The notes beneath the pieces were generated by a model, which was not told the origin of the DNA, searched no databases, and was given only the letters and a program-made list of their open reading frames with translations. A program made the translations under genes and the position numbers. Shown here piece by piece: positions 58,374 through 64,000 of a stretch of 64,000 bases of DNA. Each line of letters starts with the position of its first letter. Within the stretch, counting starts at the first letter, position 1. The DNA comes from the human T2T-CHM13v2.0 reference genome, Homo sapiens. The stretch is from assembly GCF_009914755.1 (NCBI RefSeq), contig NC_060929.1. One strand, 5' to 3'.

Positions 58374-58776
58374 AGCCAGTGGCAGTGGCTCACACCTGTA
58401 ATCCCAGCACCTGGGGAGGCTGAGGTGGGTGGATCATCTGAAGTCAGGAGTTTGAGACCAGCCTAGCCGTGGTGAAACCCTGTCTCTACTAAAAATATAA
58501 AAAATTAGCAGGGCATGGTGGTGGGCACCTGTAATCCTAGCTACTCAGGAGGCTGAGGCAGGAGAATCTCTTGAAGCTGGGAGGCGGAGGTTGCAGTGAG
58601 CCGAGATTGCACCATTTTACTCCAGCCTGGGCAGGAGTAATCCTAGCTACTCAGGAGGCTGAGGCAGGAGAATCTCTTGAAGCTGGGAGGCGGAGGTTGC
58701 AGTGAGCCGAGATTGCACCATTTTACTCCAGCCTGGGCAACAAGAGTGAAACTCCGTCTCAAAGAAAAAAAAAAAG
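58374..58776 (+). mobile_element. AluS with internal 103 bp tandem duplication of the right arm
   Basis: 58531-58633 equals 58637-58739; TSD gaaacata on both sides. Confidence 0.95.
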
Positions 58777-58808
58777 AAGGAAACATAGACACATTGAGGG
58801 TGGGGAAG

Positions 58809-59155
58809 TGTATTAGTCCGTTTTCACACTGCTGATAAAAGACACACCCACAACTGGGAAATTTACAAAAGAAGGAGGTTTAATGGACTTACTGTCCCAC
58901 GTGGCTGGGGAGGCCTCACAATCATGGTGGAAGGTGAAAGGTACGTCTCACATGGTGGCAGGCAAGAGAAGAGAGAACTTTTCTAGGGGAACTCCTCTTT
59001 TTGAAACCATCAGATCTCATGAGACTTATTCACTATCACGAGAACAGCATGGGAAAGACCTGTCCCAGTGATGCAATTACCTCCCACAGGATTTCTCCCA
59101 CAACACATGGGAATTCAAGATGAGATTTGGGTGGGCACACAGCCAAATCATATCA
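58809..59155 (-). mobile_element. THE1B-like solo LTR
   Basis: tgtattagtccgttttcacactgctgataaaagac...aaatcatatca; perfect TSD ggaag. Confidence 0.93.
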
Positions 59156-59525
59156 GGAAGAAAATAAATCAAGTAACTTTGGAAATCTCTATTTGGATGG
59201 GATACTCTAAGGCTGAAGGAAAAAAAATACTGACACAAAATCTATACTCAAGTTAATAAATCTGTTTTTTTCAGCAATATGAGTCAGCAATTCTGAAACT
59301 ACTTTTTGTGTATAATAAGAATGGACAATTAAGTGAATATATTGTGTTCAATGAGAGCCATTTTCTCACTGTTAGAAGAGGCACAAATAAGAAAAGGAGA
59401 GAGGCTAGAATGAATGGATCTTGTCATTTAGGAATAGAAGCAGATGTTTCATTAAAAGAGGTATCATTATAAGCATCATGTTTTTTAAAGGTAGATGGAT
59501 GGATAGATGGAGAGAGAGATGATAG

Positions 59526-59977
59526 TGAGAGGTGAGGCCAGCTGGACTTCCTGGGCCGAGTGGGGAATTGGGGAACTCTTCCTGTCTTACAAGAGGATTG
59601 TAAAACGCATCAATCAGTACTCTGTAAAATGCACCAATCAGTGCTCTGCAAAATGCACCAATCAGCGGGATTCTAAAAGTAGCCAATCGTGGGGAGGATT
59701 GAAAAAAGGCCAGTCTGATAGGACAGAAACGGAACATGGGAGGGGACAATAAGGGAATAAACGCTGGCCACCCCAGCCAGCAGCGGCAACTAGCTCAGGT
59801 CCCCTTCCAGGCTGTGGAAGCTTTGTCCTTTTGCTCTTCACAATAAACCTTGGTACGGCTCACTCTTTGGGTCTGTGCCATCTTTAAGAGCTGTAACACT
59901 CACAGTGAAGGTCTGCGGCTTCATTTTTGAAGTCAGTGAGACCACGAACCTACCATCAAGAACCAACTCCCTACACA
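59526..59977 (+). mobile_element. LTR12F-like (ERV9-group) solo LTR
   Basis: tgagaggtgaggccagctggacttcctggg...aaccaactccctacaca; 4 bp TSD atag; tandem ccaatcag units; aataaa near 59842. Confidence 0.88.
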
Positions 59978-61209
59978 ATAGGTGGATAGACAGTTCCGTG
60001 TCTGCATTGGTTGATATGGACACATATGTCTCCTTGCTGTGTCTGCTGAGCTCTAGATACAATGACACTCCACTAGAAATATGCATACCTAGAGCTCAGA
60101 TCTTGGTTTCTAAATATAATTCTTCAGTGAAAACAACCAGAGTTGCTTGGAGGATTGGTTAACTCCAGGGCTGGGGTGGGTTAAATACAAGATGAACCTG
60201 GAATAAAATGTTGTTCTGGAAAGTAAGGAAGGGGAATGTTGAAAGGGTACAAGAGCCAACCTGAGAAAAGCTCCTAATGGCCAAAGCTGGAACAATGTAA
60301 ACAACAAAATCAATAATATCGGATAAAATCCACAGAATAAAATGAGCATCCACAAGTTCATACTAATCAAAGTAAATATTTACATAAATGAGGAAGAAAG
60401 GACAGCTCTTCCTTACAGAAAAACTTCCATTGATAAATATAGAAACGTAGAAAATGGAAAATTGCCATTAACAAAAGATGAAATTCTTGCAGGCAAGTTC
60501 TACCAAGGAATAGTAAAATGAATAAGCAAAATCACTAAAAAAAAAAAAAAAAAAAAAAAAAATCAGGGTATTTACTAATTAGAGAGATAAAATTAGTAAT
60601 TTCCAGTAGAGAAACCCAGCAGACACCTTAACCAAGCGGTCAAGGTTAACGCCATCAATATCAGCATCACATATTCCCTGACAGATGCACTGAGAAGAGC
60701 AAATTATTTCTGTGACATTCTTGCCAAAAATGCTTAGCCTCAATTGAGGCTTGAAAAAATATGACTAACCCAAATTGAGAGACATTCTACAAAATAGCGT
60801 ACTGGAACTTTTCAGAAGTGTCAAGGTCATGAAATAAAAGGACAGACAGAAGCACTGTCACAAATTGGAGAAGATTAAGAAAACATGACAACTAAATGCA
60901 ACGTGTAATTTTTTTTTTTTTTTTTTTTGGATCCTCGAAGCAACAAAGTGGAAAAACTGGGGAAATCCAAATAAAGTATTTGGTGTAGTTAATGTTGTTT
61001 TATCCATGTTAATTATTTAGCTTTAATTATGTTATTATGTTAGGCAAGATGTTAACATTAGGGGGAGCCAGATGAAGGGCATATGAGAATTTTATGTATT
61101 GGTTTTGCAATTTTTCCAAAAGCTTGAATTATTTCAAAATAAAATTTAAAAATATTATTACCTCCTACTATTTTAGGGTTGCTATTTTATCACTATTTTT
61201 TTAACCAGG

Positions 61210-61212
<3 letters not shown>

Positions 61213-61246
<34 letters not shown>

Positions 61247-61256
61247 TGTGTGTGTA
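61213..61256. repeat. (TG)n microsatellite
   Basis: Direct inspection. Confidence 0.95.
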
Positions 61257-61484
61257 TTGTCATTCCAAATTTAGAAGTTTGTATGTTCATTTTTAGTCAT
61301 TTCATCTATATTTTCAAACATTTCTATATTGCATTATCTGGTTTTTATTTGAAATATTTTTATTTGTCATTATGTTTTATTTTTTACTCAAGATGTTATT
61401 TTTTTACTTCTCTCAGTTGTTCTTGATTGTATTCAAAGGTCTACCCCACATACTGGTTTTTTTGGACAAACTTTATTTTGTTAA

Positions 61485-63250
<1,766 letters not shown>

Positions 63251-64000
63251 CATGTCTTTGTAGTTGAGAGTGCTGGTGAAATTGTCTCTGCTACCTCTTG
63301 TGTATCAGCCCATGGAAATGTAGGGAGTCCATTTTGCTCTCAACGTATTCAGCTGAGATAGGTTAGTGTGAGAATATACCACAAATGAAATACCTTAGTA
63401 GCTATTTTTCTGGATGTGAGTGATCTTGATATTTCCATCGTTTACCACACATCAGGGACACACCGTCCTGTATGTCCAACACAGGTTTTATCCTGGTGCA
63501 AGCAGATTCCTTGCTGCTTCTGCCTGGACCAAGGGCTGAAGCTATCAGTCACTTGTCTGACCTGGGGGTCTGTCCTATTTCCCCACATCTGTCTCCTCTC
63601 CATTGAGCTGCTGTGCTCACTCTTAGTGGCTATACCCGGCTCTTAATTCTGAGCTTTTGTTTCCTTATTCTGTATTTTCTATCGCATGCACATTTCACTT
63701 CTTGTTTACTAGTTTGTTTCTCCATGAACATATGGAGAAGTAACCATATGTAGGTGGTTTTAGAATTCACTGTCGTTGCAACCGATTTTATAGGAATGAA
63801 AACGTTGCAGAATGTGTTCAACTTGTATCACCTTGAAAGTCAAATTCCCATTTCTGGAGGTCCAAAACACTTGAATGTTGGCAATTTTATATGGTTCTAT
63901 GCAATCATGTATTAATCACACTCTTCCTTATAGCATATATTTTGTGTATGGTTGTCATGTCCTACCAAAGTTATTAGGTAGTAAACACAAGTGCTACAGT

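Noticed and set aside
59600-59690. Short regularly spaced repeats as a CRISPR-like array
   Set aside because: No unique spacers; they are the internal CCAAT tandem repeats of an LTR12-type LTR in a primate genome.

Overview
AT-rich, CpG-depleted primate (human or great-ape-like) genomic DNA, either intergenic or deep intronic. Much of it is recognisable transposable-element sequence: Alus, young and old L1s, L2/MIR, many MaLR LTRs (THE1/MST/MLT1, including one full-length THE1 element), ERV1-type LTRs (MER4-like, LTR12F-like), a rearranged HERV-L/MLT2 remnant, small DNA-transposon relics and microsatellites. I cannot support any cellular protein-coding exon, RNA gene or CpG-island promoter. 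The only protein-like ORFs are L1 ORF1/ORF2 pieces and a HERV-L dUTPase remnant. I do not see a previously undescribed biological system. The notable signals are structural: (1) a ~500 bp non-tandem direct duplication with a patchwork junction at 29.4-31.6 kb; (2) two 5'-inverted (twin-primed) L1s with large deletions at the inversion point; (3) an internally inverted HERV-L carrying templated micro-insertions; (4) a perfect 103 bp tandem duplication inside an older Alu. Subfamily names come from my recall of consensus sequences, not from a RepeatMasker run, and boundaries of old elements are approximate.
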